From Lama glama (Eukaryota), in the NCBI GenBank assembly GCA_028534125.1, contig CM052816.1, positions 25,794,001 to 25,858,000 on the forward strand: a stretch of 64,000 nucleotides of DNA. Reading direction: 5' to 3'. How positions within the stretch are numbered: the stretch's first letter is position 1; each line of letters opens with the position of its first letter. This document shows positions 37,620 through 50,400 of this stretch, one piece after another. Made by a program: the position numbers and the translations under genes. The notes beneath the pieces were generated by a model. It had not been told where the DNA came from. It searched no databases and saw nothing but the letters and a program-made list of their open reading frames with translations.

Positions 37620-37730
37620 TGACCCTGAGACATAACTTACCTCTGAAGACTTCAGTTTCCCCAGTTTACAAAGTCGGATGAGGAAACTCTTGCCTTTCAG
37701 TCGAGCTGAAATAAGAGTGAATGTGAGTGT
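37620..37730 (+). mobile_element. MIR fragment
   Basis: ACTTACCTCTGAAGACTTCAGTTTCCCCAGTTTACAAA resembles the MIR core. Confidence 0.55.
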
Positions 37731-39839
37731 CTTCAAGGGGTCCTTGAAAACGGGTATGGAGAAGGCTGGGAGAAGCTTTGTAATTTTTTCTCGCTCTGTA
37801 ACCTTCCATCTCTGCGATGAACTAGGGAGAGCTTTCCTGACTTGTTTGAATGGTTACGAAATTAAAATTTCAAAGCTTTCATTAAGAGAGTGTCAGCTAT
37901 TTTGAGTCAGTGGTTGGGAGGTATGGAAATGAGGGATAAGATATTCATACGGAGCCTTAGACAATTTACGTGAGCATCCTTCAGGTTTTGCAGGGAGAGG
38001 AAGGAAGTCAAAACTTCCCCTCCTGTGCCTGGCCCACCGTGCTGCCGAAAGGAAGGCTTTGGCCCCTTCCAAGGCACCGTCTATTCCCATCAGGCACTTC
38101 CTCGTTATTGAATTTGTCACGACCAGTATGTATTGTGTTTATCACTCAAATGTCTAAAATATTAGTTGAAAATATTCCTCTTAGGTGGCTGTGGGTGAGA
38201 CTCCCCTGCTCTAAAGAAAAGGAGTGCTGTTAGTTGAGAGGATTAGGAATAAGGTAATTTCCCCCCCAAACAGGCCTTTCTTCCCTTCTTTTCCCTTCCT
38301 TTCTTTTTCTTTGACTCATGTCTGTGGCCAGAGAGGGGAGAGGGCCAACCTTCCCCTAACTTCAACCTAATGTCGAGGAGAAATTGGGATCATGCAAAGA
38401 CAGGCAGTGCATTGGCGGCCAGTATCTACCCTTGAGTCAGAGTTTTGAAATTGATGTTCATTTATCCATGTGAAGCACAATCCAGAGTTAAAAATCCAGT
38501 TTTACTGGACTTCTTCTTCTTCTTTTTCTTTTTGGTTTGACCCTTCAGGATTGGGGACCAGATCTAATTGAATGAAATGGGAATTGTGTGGAACTTCGAC
38601 ACTGAGTGTATAAAGGGACTCGTGAAAAGGAATTATCCAAGAAGACAGACTTTTTTAAAGTACCTTCACCACTGCCTCCTTTCTTTGTGGCTTCTTTTTG
38701 TGTTTTAAGTGTTTTTGGAAATAGGATGAGAGGAAATCAGAGAACCCTTACGAATAAGAGGACAACACTGATCATCACCTGCTGTTTAAAGCAGGCCCAG
38801 CTCTCTGAGCAGTGGACGATGTCAGTGGCATTTCTAGAACAGATGGAGAATCTGTGGCTCAGCCATTGGACAGTATTTTTTTCCCCCTCAAAGAACACAC
38901 ATGAGGCTGAGTGTGTGACAGCTGATGTGGTCTGGTGGGAAGTGCCCAAGGCTGAGTCCCTGTGTCCCCTCCACCTCCTCACTGTCCTGTGGAACTCTGC
39001 CCAGCTGCAGGAGGGCCTCCTAGGGGAGAATTTGGTTCGGCTTCAAAAAAACAGCAACAAAAGAAACTTATTAAGACATTGAGTCTTGAGTAGTTTAATT
39101 ATACTCTCTCTTTCCATACTCAGGACCTTCTCTTTTGCTTTGAAGAATTGTCATGGATAAAGAATGGAGTTAAAAAACATCATTATTGTTTAAAATATAT
39201 TTTACACCCATGGCTGGCCCTTGAGTGACTCGGCCTCGTGGCCTGCACGTGGGGCCACTTCTGGAGGGATATACTAACAGTCAGTGACCTTCTCTTGGCT
39301 GCCACCCCCGAGCAGTGCCACAGAGGCCCCAGGTTGGCATCCTGCGATTCCAGCGTGGCTGGAGTCCTGCCTAGAAAGGGAAACAGCTCTCTTGGGACCA
39401 GAGATCTGGTCCATCCCCCGGCTGATCCCCGCCTGTTCAGTGGCTCAGCCTCTAAAAACACTTGAGCAGCTCAACCTTTGGCTTTTTATTTCCAGCAGTC
39501 TCTGGTCTTCACACCTGGGAATGAGAAAATGGAAATAAGGGTATGATTCCTAGTCACTGTACCTAGTTGTTGCTTTTGGAATCGGATGATTTAAAACAGT
39601 AACAACAACAACAAAAACCTGAGCTTTGGTTTCAGCGAAGTGTTCAGTGGAGGTTTGTGGAGGGATTGCAGTGTTTGCTTGGGCGCACTGAAGTGCATCA
39701 TTCTGAACTGTGCCGTGAAAGGTGATTCAGGTGTGCAGCTTCTCACATACGGAAAAGGGCAGAAGTTACCTGGGGAGGAAGGTGTCTGAATCATGTGTCG
39801 TGTTTTACATTTAGAAGAGTTTCTTTTGCTGTTTGATCA

Positions 39840-40160
39840 CTGTAGGTTCAAATTCTGGCTCAGCCACTGACCTTATGTGACCTTTCCCTTTTCCTGTTCC
39901 TCATTTGTAAAGTATTGAAGAAGAGAATGCGCAGTGTAACCCTCCCACGTTACATGTGTTAAGCTAGTTGCTGCTGTTACTGTTTTCACATGAAGGCCCA
40001 GGGACTTTGAAGTCAGAGAGGTTTGGCCTTGAAATTCTTTGGGTCAGTTGCCCATCCTTTGAGATCTTCAGTTTCTGCTTCTGTATAATGGGGATGTGAG
40101 GAGTGTGAAAGGAGATAGAAAACATATGGGGTCTGGTGCACAGTAGGCCCTGGTAAGAGC
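39840..40160 (+). mobile_element. Two adjacent MIR fragments
   Basis: GGTTCAAATTCTGGCTCAGCCACT...TTCCTCATTTGTAAA (39845-39911) and CTTCAGTTTCTGCTTCTGTATAATGGGGAT...TGGTGCACAGTAGG (40065-40148). Confidence 0.65.
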
Positions 40161-41769
40161 TTGCCCTGTTGGCAGCGAGTTGTAAGCATGCATCACCTTG
40201 ATAATGGTTCTAAAAGGAGAAGCCTCCCCTGCATGTAGTCAAGACAGAATTCGGAATGACTGAAATACAGTTGTTCCAGGTTTGTCCTTCAGGGATGAAA
40301 AATTCACCTCTTGGTGATCATTTTGGAGAAAGGATCGGTGCTTAAGGAAACCGTTTTTTAAGCTTCCCTTGCTTTGCTAATGATGCAGTGATGTCAGGCA
40401 GAAAGGGTGGTTAAAATGCAAAGTGACAGACTGCGGCAGTGGTCACCTTTAAAGAGCTGTGATTTACCCTACACAAAGTGCAGTCTCTGTCTAATGCTTT
40501 TCAAATTAAAGAGGTGACTGTGGGCAATCTCATAAAACAGCCAAATACCAGGATCTGGAGAAAACGTGAGCATTAAGTAATCGTGCCCCAGCGTGCTCAT
40601 AGAATGTAAGAATACTCTGAGCAAAATAAAACACCATTCCCACTCTGGTTGTTGGCAACCCAAGAATCTCAGGATTGAGGGGTTATGAGCAAGACGAGCA
40701 TAGAGATTTGTGGCAACAAGATGGAAGCAATCGGGCAGGCTCCCCATTCGGGGTTCAGACTTGCCCCCGGGGTATGGGAGGGAATTTTTCATTGAGACCT
40801 GCCTATCTCCTGGTCCTGAGCTTCCCCCTCTGCCTGGCAGGACTAGCCGTCCCCACAGCAAGGCCACCTGACTGCCCCTTTGTTGGGTCTTAACGGAGGG
40901 GGAGTGTCCGCCGGAACACCCCCAGCGCTGCCCTAGCGACCCCTCCTCACTTGTCAGTTTCAGGTACACAAGACCATCCCGGCTGACACAGTTAGTGCTT
41001 CAGCGATGCAAAGCCCTTGCCACCAACACCCCAGCTTGGGAACCTTCCTTGCTCATCAGCACTTGGGAGGCTCTTGAAATGAGATGAACAGAGAAAATAT
41101 TGCCAGAATCTCTGCTGATTTCTTCCCCCTAGTCCTCTGATTACACACACGAAGTGCCGCTATCTGTGTAAATAACCTTTTCTTCCCCGCCTTGCTCTCC
41201 CCTCGCTGCTCCCCCACTCCCACGCTCTTAGGCTCTCTCTCAAGTGATAAATAGCCAGGCTACTGCTCAGTGTGCACCAACACCTGGGAATAATCACGCA
41301 AAAATAACAGTGAGAGACTGCCGCGCGTCTGTTCTTGACATTAACTTTCCTCAGTTTGACAGGCTGCCACCACCAGCTGTTAGACTTATGGGTCTTTTTT
41401 TTTTCCCCTTCCCCACTGGAGACGGCTGCTTTCCTCTTAGGGGCTATAGTAGGTTACATCAGTGTCCCGTTAAGATAACAGAAAAGAGCTTCGACAAAGG
41501 AACTATTGCCACAACCAGCCGGTTCTCTCTTCTGATCTTTTATTCCAGCTAATAGTAATATTTGACTAATAATTCCCTGCCCACTTTTTTTTTTAAAGGG
41601 AATATCTGATTATTAACTGTTTTAGGGTCCTTCCCTCCAAAAAAGTATAATCGCCTCTCTGGAATTGCCTTTGAATGTAGCAAATCTTAGCATTTGGCTT
41701 TAAAGGGCCAAACCATCTACTGATTTCTTTTCAGTTCAGGTCTTTGGCATATTTGTAATAATGATAATA

Positions 41770-41990
41770 CTGTTGACCATGGCAGTAGCTTTTATTTATA
41801 CTTCGTACTAGGCCCTGGGCTAACGTTTCAATGATGTCAGGTGGTAGTCACAATAGCAGTGAGGTGTTGTTTCCATGTTACAGATGAAGCCACTGAGTCC
41901 CAGAGAGAGAGCAAGCAATTTGCCTCAGTTATGTTGCTGAAAGTAGAGCTGAATCCCAACTGCAGAGGCTGATCGCCGCACCGCACTGTC
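41770..41990 (-). mobile_element. MIR SINE
   Basis: CCATGTTACAGATGAAGCCACTGAGTCCCAGAGAG...AATTTGCCTCAG. Confidence 0.7.
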
Positions 41991-42654
41991 TTCCACTACA
42001 TGCTGTTTTTTGCACTCAGGCCACCAGGGCCAGCCCTTTGGACGAGGTTCTGTGGTGACACTTGTGATTTTGCTGGATTTGTGTAATGATATGATTGCTG
42101 CTGCGGTCTTGCCCACTCCCTTGTTTTGCTAGAAGCCTGCACTGTGCAGGTGTGCAGTGATTATTTATTGGGCATGGGTGATCAAGTTGAGGTGAATAAA
42201 AGGAGACTTGGGAGAGCGGTGCACAAAAAAGAGGTACAAGTAGAGCTTAGTGGAAGGAGACTCTGTAGAAGTGGAGGACTCATCGGGCCCTGTGATCAAA
42301 CAGGGTGGATTGAACTGGTGGACAGCTGCCAGCTGCCAGAGTAGAAAAGGAGCAGCATTTCCCCAGGCTGAGCTTCTCAGGGTTAAGCCCTTTTTCTTAG
42401 ACTTTTAACACACTTTAACCGCACTTAACCATGCATTTGGAGAGGATTATAGATTTATGTTAAACATAGAAGGATATAAAAAGGATCTTTGTAGGTTGTG
42501 TGCAGGGTTAGAGAACTGTAATATCAGACCAGGGATTTTTTTTTTTCTTCTTTTTTAAAGCCAGTGTTGACTGAACTCAGCGCTATGCCGAGCTTTTGCT
42601 TGACTTGAGTTATCTCCTTGAGTCTTCACTGGGACCCTTTGCGGGGTGATTGTT

Positions 42655-42790
42655 ATTCTTACTCTCATTTCTTTGATCCAGACACGGAGCCTTAAAGTAG
42701 CCAGGTAATTTGCTCAGGGTCTTGCACAAGCAGGGTCTTGCACAAGCAGGGCCAGGATCTGAACCCAGCACAACCCGAGGTCCATCACCA
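42655..42790 (-). mobile_element. MIR fragment containing a 16-bp tandem duplication
   Basis: GGTAATTTGCTCAGGGTC...GCCAGGATCTGAACCCAG, with CAGGGTCTTGCACAAG repeated twice (42715-42746). Confidence 0.6.
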
Positions 42791-43715
42791 CCGAGTCCAG
42801 GTGTAGGCTGCCTCCTCACCAGACTCCCTTCTTGAAACCGCTGCTGCTTTCTGTCTTAAGGAGCCTCACTGGTTGAAGAAATACTACATTTCACTGTATG
42901 ATCAGTGAGTGACCTGAGCAGTCGGGATGCAGTGGAGTTGCCCTTTTGTATAAGGCAAATGTAACTAGCGAAGTTCTTTTCAAATCCTGGGTTACATATG
43001 GTGCATGTGACTATGAGTTGGAAACCATGAAATACACAAGAGAACCAAAACATTTTTTGCAGGGAACTTCTCCCGCTGGGGGCGTTCACTGGCAGGAAGC
43101 AATGGCTACATTCCAAATGATTTCCCTTTTACCCCTTTTGTCTTCTAGTGTGTGTTGAACCCCTTCTGTCAGGTTCCTGCTTGGAGGATGCTACTGTTTT
43201 ATGCTTACCTGGGCTGCCAGGAGAGCTAGCTTATCGCCCTTGCACAAACATGGGCCACAGTTTTCTCTAGAATGAGTCAGCTGGACTAAATGACCTTCTA
43301 GCTAAAATGTCCTGTGGTTGTCTCAGAAAAGCTGGAAATGCCAACTCAGCTGCCTGTGCCTGGGCAGGTCCCTGGAGGGGTGGGAGGTGGAGGAGACTCA
43401 GCCCTGTGAGTTAAGGCTGTCAAGGAATGTGGGCCCAGCATAGCACGTTATCCAATTATTATGTTAACAGAGAATGGAAATTTAGGCTTTCCCCTAATCT
43501 TTTGTGTTGGCAAAAAGATGAGAATGTGTTTAAAAGTAGCATACCTGCTAAAAAAAAACACCTCTGGGAGTGGCTGTAAATCCCTTCCCCTCTCTGGGTG
43601 TTGATCTCTGGGGACCAGGAACCCCCCCAGTAGACCACATGGATGGTCTTTGTTCTTCACTCCAAATCCTGAAATCCCAAGGGAGAAAAGTTCCCTTTTC
43701 TCTTCTCACTGGTTG

Positions 43716-43716
<1 letters not shown>

Positions 43717-43752
<36 letters not shown>
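43717..43752. repeat. (GAT)12 microsatellite
   Basis: Read directly from the sequence. Confidence 0.95.
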
Positions 43753-44289
43753 CTGGTACCTAAAGGAATATGAGTTTTGAGCCATACTGAGGAAGCGAAT
43801 GCAGTGGAAAAACTAAGAAAAATTCACTTGTAAAACTCAGAGTGGACCCTTTAAAACTCTATTACCTATCAAGTTTTCCTATCAAGTTTAAGAGTTTCAG
43901 ACCATTATCACATGGGGGGACTGTTTGTGATTAAGTTCATATTTATTGTCCAACTTCTTTGAACCTTAGCTTTCTCATTTTAAAACACGTGTGGACAGGG
44001 CTCCAAGGTCCTATCTATAAATGTCATCTACTGGACTCTTTTCAACACATTTGGATTATGTTAATGGAAATAAACACAGTTAACTCACTGGTTGGCTCAA
44101 GATACCATGGTCTTTCCCATCAAGCCACCTAGAAGCTTCATCTTTGAAATTACATATATATCCCAGATAGTATGCAAGTGTGTATCTCTGTGCAAATAGA
44201 TTCATAAACAGAGTTATACTGAAATAGGGATTTAGTCTAGAAATTCTGTTGTGATAGGATTCGTGATCACTATTAGCAGGCCAAAGAAC

Positions 44290-44375
44290 ACATCTTCCAC
44301 TTGAGGAACATGGGCCTCAGAGAGGTTAAATGATTCTCCCAAGTCACAAGCTTACTTAGTGTGGGTGGCAGGGCT
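44290..44375 (-). mobile_element. MIR fragment
   Basis: TGAGGAACATGGGCCTCAGAGAGGTTAAATGATTCTCCCAAGTCACA. Confidence 0.7.
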
Positions 44376-46537
44376 ACTGGTGTTGGCGCGCCCTGTCCCT
44401 GTAACTTCTGTTGTACCTGTTGCTCCAGGGTGTCCTGATATGCAACATTAGAGTTGATACTAAGACTCCTTACCTCTTTTATTTTATTCCATTTTCTAAT
44501 TTCTCTGACTGAAGTTTTACTTGTTCTCTTAGAATGAATGTAGGCTGTTGATCAAGGATATAAAGAAAGTTTTCAGAATACTGTTCTATTTTGTCTTTTC
44601 AGTTTATATGTGTAGCACCAAATTACAATCAGTCTACAACTAACCGTGCAGATTAAGAGGTTGTTGGGAAACATGCAAAAAAAAAAAAGTGCACTAGCTG
44701 GTTTATAATTTTCCTGTCTTTTTAAAAATTCTTTTTTAAATTTTTAAGTGATTTCAATCTCACACAATCTTTTAGTTGTAATTAAGACTACAAGGTTGTA
44801 TTGGATCCCCCCACTCCTTAAATTTTCTTTCTCAGAACCCCTTTTCTTCATTTGTCACCTCAGTTTTAAAATAGGAACTATCAGTGCGAACTTTGATCCA
44901 CATTAAGCTTTTACACGAAAGCATAAATCACCAGATCTGGGGTTTGGGGCTGTTAAATGCTTTTCTTTCTTGGGCTCTGTGATCACAAATGAAGAACAAT
45001 AAAAAGCATGGAGCAAAAGAAGTTTTATGGCAGCTTTGAGAGCAGGAAATTAAGTTTCTTTAACGTGCAGTTGGCTGAAGGGCTGTTCGATTGCATCTTG
45101 GATCACTCAGGCAAGTGCACGTCAGTTTATCATTTTTGTGAAATGCAAACTGTAGAAATAGTTCTTACAGTCATATGAACAAGGAGCCCACACAGACGAC
45201 TGCTTCAGCTGTTTAACTAGGAGCACACTTCCTCATATGACTTATCTTGAAATACACTCTTTTTGTATGTGTGTGTGTGTGTGGTTTTTTTTTAAAGAAC
45301 AAAGACTATATAATATTATGTCTGTAGCCAAATGTGGATTTCTTAGAAATGTTAACTGGGAATACATGAACAGACTAAGATGGTGTTCTACCAGGACACC
45401 TTTCTCTGTGTCCTTGTTACACATCTAATTTGTTCGCCCAACTGATAAAACATGAGAGGTATCACCTCTTCTAAGTCGTGGTGTCTCTTTGCAGCTTGAG
45501 GACGTAGGTGATCTGAAATCCCCGGCAGACACGCTCTGCATTTGGCTCTTTCACATTTGATAACCTGTCAGCAGGGCCAAAGCTCTTCCGTAGCAGTCAT
45601 GACAGTTATTAAAATGGGCCAAATGCATGAATGGCTTGGTTGGCGATCTGCCTGTTCAGTACACTCATAGCCTTCGGTTTCATTATGGCCAGACTCGTAA
45701 ACTTTTTGTGGTGAAGGACCTCTTTACTGCTCTCCTCGGGGTCAGGGTGCAGAGGAGCTAGTACACCGCACGATCTTGTAAGCACTCCTTTCTCTTTCCC
45801 TGAACACAGAGGGGGCTGCCGATTCCTCATCAGACTCGTCGGAGAGCTTTACTCGCTGAACCACTCAAGGGCTTGTGCGTTGGAGAAGCCCACGTTCTGT
45901 TGAGCACACAAATTTTTTCTCTGTTTATATGAATTCTGCTAGAACACTTAATTAGGAGTTGATGCTTAATATATGCTAATAATACCCAGTTTCTGGGTTT
46001 CAGTGTGTGTAATCAAGTTTATGTATTTTCTATATTCGGCAGAGGAAGTTAATATATTTTAGTAGTGATTTAATTCATTATGGTTTATAAAGTACTTGGA
46101 AAGCCAATTTTAGTCCATCTCCTTTGCTTAAATGTCCAGTGATGCATATGTGGGTATTTATTGGAGTTTCTCCTTTGGAAAACATTGTAATTTTTGCAAA
46201 TAAGATTTCATTACAAGTGGGCCACAGACTTGATTTTACAAAGCAGACTTCATTCACGTCTCTTGAGGCTAAAAGGTTATCTATTGGAGAAGGACGTTGA
46301 TGACCTGCCTCTAACGCAGGCAGCTAGAGCTCCAATGTTGACCTCGTTGGTCACAAAAAAATGAAAACTCTCATTTCTGTTCTCCTTTGTATTTTGGCAC
46401 CAGTAAAACACTCAAAGCATATTATCATTGCCAATGGCATTTGGAATGGTGATCTATTCTGCAAGTGATGTAAACAGATTGCATGGAAAAGAGCTCCGAG
46501 ATGCAGCACCACTGCAGTAAGCCTGTCTGTCTTTCAG

Positions 46538-46793
46538 GTTGACCCCCTGTTTACAGTGCCAGCGCCACCGCCGCCGATTCCCAGCAGTCTCACGCCTCAG
46601 ATTCTGCCCTCCTACTTTTCCCCATCTTCATCCAATATTGCAGCACCGGTTGAACAGCTTTTGGTTCGGACTCGTTCCCTGGGTGTCAATACGTGTGAAG
46701 TTGGAGTAGTGACAGAGCCAGAGTGTCTCGGGCCCTGTGAACCCGGGACCAGTGTGAATTTGGAAGGGATCGTGTGGCATGAAACAGAAGAAG
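46538..46793 (+). CDS. ZNF608: Zinc finger protein 608, second coding exon (256 nt, phase 0 to phase 1)
   Basis: TTTCAG|GTT...GAAG|GTAAAT. Translates [27 protein letters not shown]...[27 protein letters not shown](G), the start of the region conserved across ZNF608/ZNF609/Brakeless. Confidence 0.96.
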
Positions 46794-47229
46794 GTAAATA
46801 CAATTTCTTTTTATATATTTCCCCGTGCCCCCTTCATCGTGATTGTCTGTGTGTCTACCTGTAAGGGGAGTTTGCTTGATGGTGTTCAGGGAGGAATGAA
46901 AAGTGGTTCTTACACTCTCTCGATTTTTCTGGAAATAAGAGCTACGTTTATCTTTATGGTCATGGCTGCTTTTAAACACTCGAGATCGGTCTGGGGTGCG
47001 TCAAAGTGGTTCTCCGCTCTAAGTGCTGACATGGAAGGGCTGGGAGAACCAGGGGAAGGGTGATCCTCTCCCCTAAGAAGTATCATAGCAAATAGCGTGG
47101 GGGGTCGATCTCAAGTTCATTGTCTTCTTGGTTTGCCAACTGATCTGTCTTGATGAGGCTGTTTTTGCATCGTGAAGGCTTGTATTTGCTTCTGAACTGA
47201 GCCAGGTTCTTGTATCTGCCGAGGGCCAT

Positions 47230-47450
47230 TCCCATGGTGTGGTTGTGGCTGGTTGTTACTCACAGCTCGTGAAGCCAAGGTCAAAGGCTTAAGCCCCAGT
47301 CGAGCCAGTCACCTCTCTTCTAGGACTGGAGACAGCGCTTTCCCTGCCCCTGGACGCAGCAGGCCCTCTGGCAAGTGCCCTCCACAGGTCGCAAGAGAAC
47401 CAGGGTGCAAGAGAAATGGATCAGGTTGAATCCCTCATTGCTGCTGGTTG
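47230..47450 (+). mobile_element. MamSINE1-like ancient SINE
   Basis: TGAAGCCAAGGTCAAAGGCTTAAGCCCC...GCCAGT...GGTCGCAAGAGAACCAGGG...ATGGATCAG...AATCCCTCATTGCTGCTGG is collinear with the recalled MamSINE1 consensus. Confidence 0.6.
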
Positions 47451-50400
47451 CAGACCACGCTTGGCCAGATCTCACAGCACGCGATCATCAAATGTAGCTT
47501 GCTTCAGATGGCCAGTGTCCTTGCTGGAGGCCAACAGAGAATTAGAAACTAAATACCAAGGAGAGAGCTGCGGTGCTCCATCGGGGACTGAGCAGAGCAG
47601 AACATATGTGGGAGAAGGCATGCCCCAGGGCTCACTGGGGCACAGAGGAAAATGAAGAACATGGGAAAGGGTTTTCCCTCTGAGCTAGGTTGGTCAAGGA
47701 TAAAGGAGATGATCATTGTCAGTGTCCTGGGAGAGGAGTTAAGGGCAGCAATGAGGGTAACAAGAAGGGTCTGAGACTCAGAATCATTGTTTGGGTTCTT
47801 CTGTATCAAGGGGAAAAATCGAGGGCAGAAACTCAAAGGCGAGAAAGTAAAATATATACAAAAGAGGCTGAGCGGATGGGGAAGGGGAAATATTAGGGGT
47901 AATAGCAGCAAAAGGAGTGACTGAGAGCAAGTAGTTAAGAATCAGGACAAACTGGGGACTGGAAGGAGAGAATAAAACTGAAGAGTGACAATCAAGTGAC
48001 AGGTGTAAGCATAATTCTCGGAAGGCAGGAAACAGCCCAAGCTGTTTCATGATAGAAAAACAAGACTTTTCAGAAAAATCTTTGAGTCCTTCGTGTTAAC
48101 GTTGAGTATATTCTGGTAGGATGGATTTCATAATTAGATTAAAAAAGGACTTTGAAGATAGCTTCAGTAAAGAAAAATAAAGATTTAATTTTTTAAGAAG
48201 GTACCAGAAAAAGGGCATGAAAGCAGTAGATACAAGAGGCTCTCTTACTTGCTCAAATAGAACTGATAGTTAGAATTTATTCTTGGTTTGAGAAATTTGG
48301 GGGGCTTGGGGACGACTCCTCTTTGTGCTTTTAACTGGAAAGCCATTTAAAACAGTACTGTGCAACCACATTGGGAGGAATTGCTGTAAGAGGAGCTGGA
48401 ATTAAAATTCTCCCATCTTGCTTGCCTGTTCAGATACCATCCAGTGCGAGGGGGTCCCGTGTGGGGAGCAGACTTCTCCCTCGCTGCCTCTGGGTTGCGT
48501 ACAGGGCACCTTCCCTAAGATTTTCCCCAGAGCAGAAGTGGTGGATAAGGGCTTTGGACTGGCATGTTGGTGGGAAACGCGTAGAAAAGGAATCAAGACA
48601 CTAATCAGGTTAATTAGCGTAGGTACTGATTTTCAGGAACACAAAGAGTTGGAAAGAGTAAGGGTTCATTTCCATCAACTTGAAAGTCAGATTTTCTTGT
48701 ACTTGGGTAATTGACTAGGGTGTCTTCTCTTTCCTAGTTAGGACTTACCACTCATTATTTTATGACTTGTCATGATTTTATTTATTCCACTGTAGGGTAG
48801 GACCAAGTTCCTGCAGTGTGACCTCCCTGGGTAGTAGATGTTGTCAGAGCAGCCACAAACTTTCTGGAACAGCTCTAAAGCTTGAGTTGTTTTTCATTTT
48901 GCTCTGAAGTCTGCTGGGTTCTGACTTTTAACCTTGGCCTCTAAAAAAAGATGGGATTATTTAGGGGAAAAAATCCTGTGTGTTTAAAAACTATAGCAAT
49001 ACAGGAGTGGGTAAGAATTCTGATACTCTGGGCAGATGCTGAAAGAGCTTTCATCATCAGTGTTATTCAGTAGTGATGTACATAAAGCCACTCCAGTTCT
49101 TACTGTTCTCTGAAAATCCGTCTGCAGAGTCCAATGTCCCTGCACTGATTTGCTGGGATCTGTGCATCCCTGTGGATGGCTTCTCGCCATTCATCCGGCA
49201 GACTGATAGCTTTAGAAGCTTTTCAGGCACCATAGTGGCGCCCTCAGCAGCTCCAGCCCTCTTTGAACTGCCTCCCATTTTCCAGGATGTGGAATGCCTG
49301 GGTGTTTACTGTGGTGACAAGAAAGAGATCAAGCTGGTAATAGAGTTATTCTTGCTGAATAAACTAAACTTCTGACCTCCGTAGAGTTGAAGAACCCGCC
49401 TTAGGGGAGGCCCAGGTCATGAGATGTGTGTTTAATGTGTGAACATTTTCAAGAGCGTTCCATTTGCATTTTTCTCTCAGTACAGTGTGTTTACAGCACT
49501 TGTACCGATTTAAAAATTAAACCCACTTGACCATTAATTTTTCCCTTTTGGGAAAAACAAAGAGAGAACCAGAACAAACACATTTGGAGCCAGTTATTCG
49601 GCAGAGCTCAAAGAGATGGATTTGGGGAGTAGGGGAGGGAAAGGAAGCCGTGGTGGCTTTCTAGGATGAGGTTTCGCTTACAGAGACCTTTGAGTTGAGC
49701 ACTTACAAAGCTGTCGGTTGCCTCTGACTAATGTCCTATAGATGGAGTTGAATAAAATCTCTTCCTGGGTATTTTCAGTTCTAAGGGCATTATAGAACCA
49801 GTTGTTTTTCACAAACATGGTTTGTTATGTGTATTCACACATGTATGAAGTTTGTGTGTGTGTGTGTGTGTTTTAAGATCCTAGGGATTTTAAAAGCGCC
49901 TGTCTGTAGTTTGTGGGAAAATGTTGAGTGTTCTTGCGATTTCATTGGAAGGTGGTAGGAACGGCAACACTGGAACGTGAAATCCCCACTAAGCACCAAT
50001 TGTTTTTTGTGCTTGGAATTCCCATTTGAGGAGAGTTCTTTTAATCACAGACTTCCCCCCTCATGTTACTGCCAGTACGCGAGGTCCTGGTTGCCTGAGA
50101 ACCAAATTGTACTTAGAATAAAGTATGATGAGAGACGTTCCCTCTGGAAATAATTAGTGGGTTTCAGATCATACTTAATAGGAGAGAAAAACTATTACTG
50201 CATTTGGATATATACTTCTTCCACTCTGATCCTTCTTTAAGGTGAATGCATAGGAGCAATGGTGTGTTGTACAAAATTACTCGCAGATGTTGGAAGGAAT
50301 TTCCTCAGCATTCATTCCTGACATTTGGGACACACATGCCAGTGTGTAGTCATTTGTTTGAAAATTTGCTCTTGGCGGTGAGTTGGGGGAGGGTGGAAAC

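Larger units (their letters stand above)
7130..46537 (+). other. ZNF608: ZNF608 intron (39,408 nt, GT-AG, phase 0)
   Basis: GTAGGA donor at 7130 and CCTGTCTGTCTTTCAG acceptor ending 46537. The spliced product KTEK|VDPLF is continuous. Confidence 0.92.

Noticed and set aside
38606..40969. 158-aa (+, 38606-39082) and 166-aa (-, 40469-40969) intronic ORFs
   Set aside because: Non-ATG starts, no recognisable homology and no convincing exon boundaries. Lengths are compatible with chance in 64 kb.
43570..43773. ORF with a poly-Asp run
   Set aside because: Translation of the intronic (GAT)12 microsatellite.
46794..47063. Extensions of the ORFs at 46556-46864 and 46779-47063 beyond the exon
   Set aside because: Intronic read-through past the G|GTAAAT donor. 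The sequence after ETEEG no longer resembles ZNF608.
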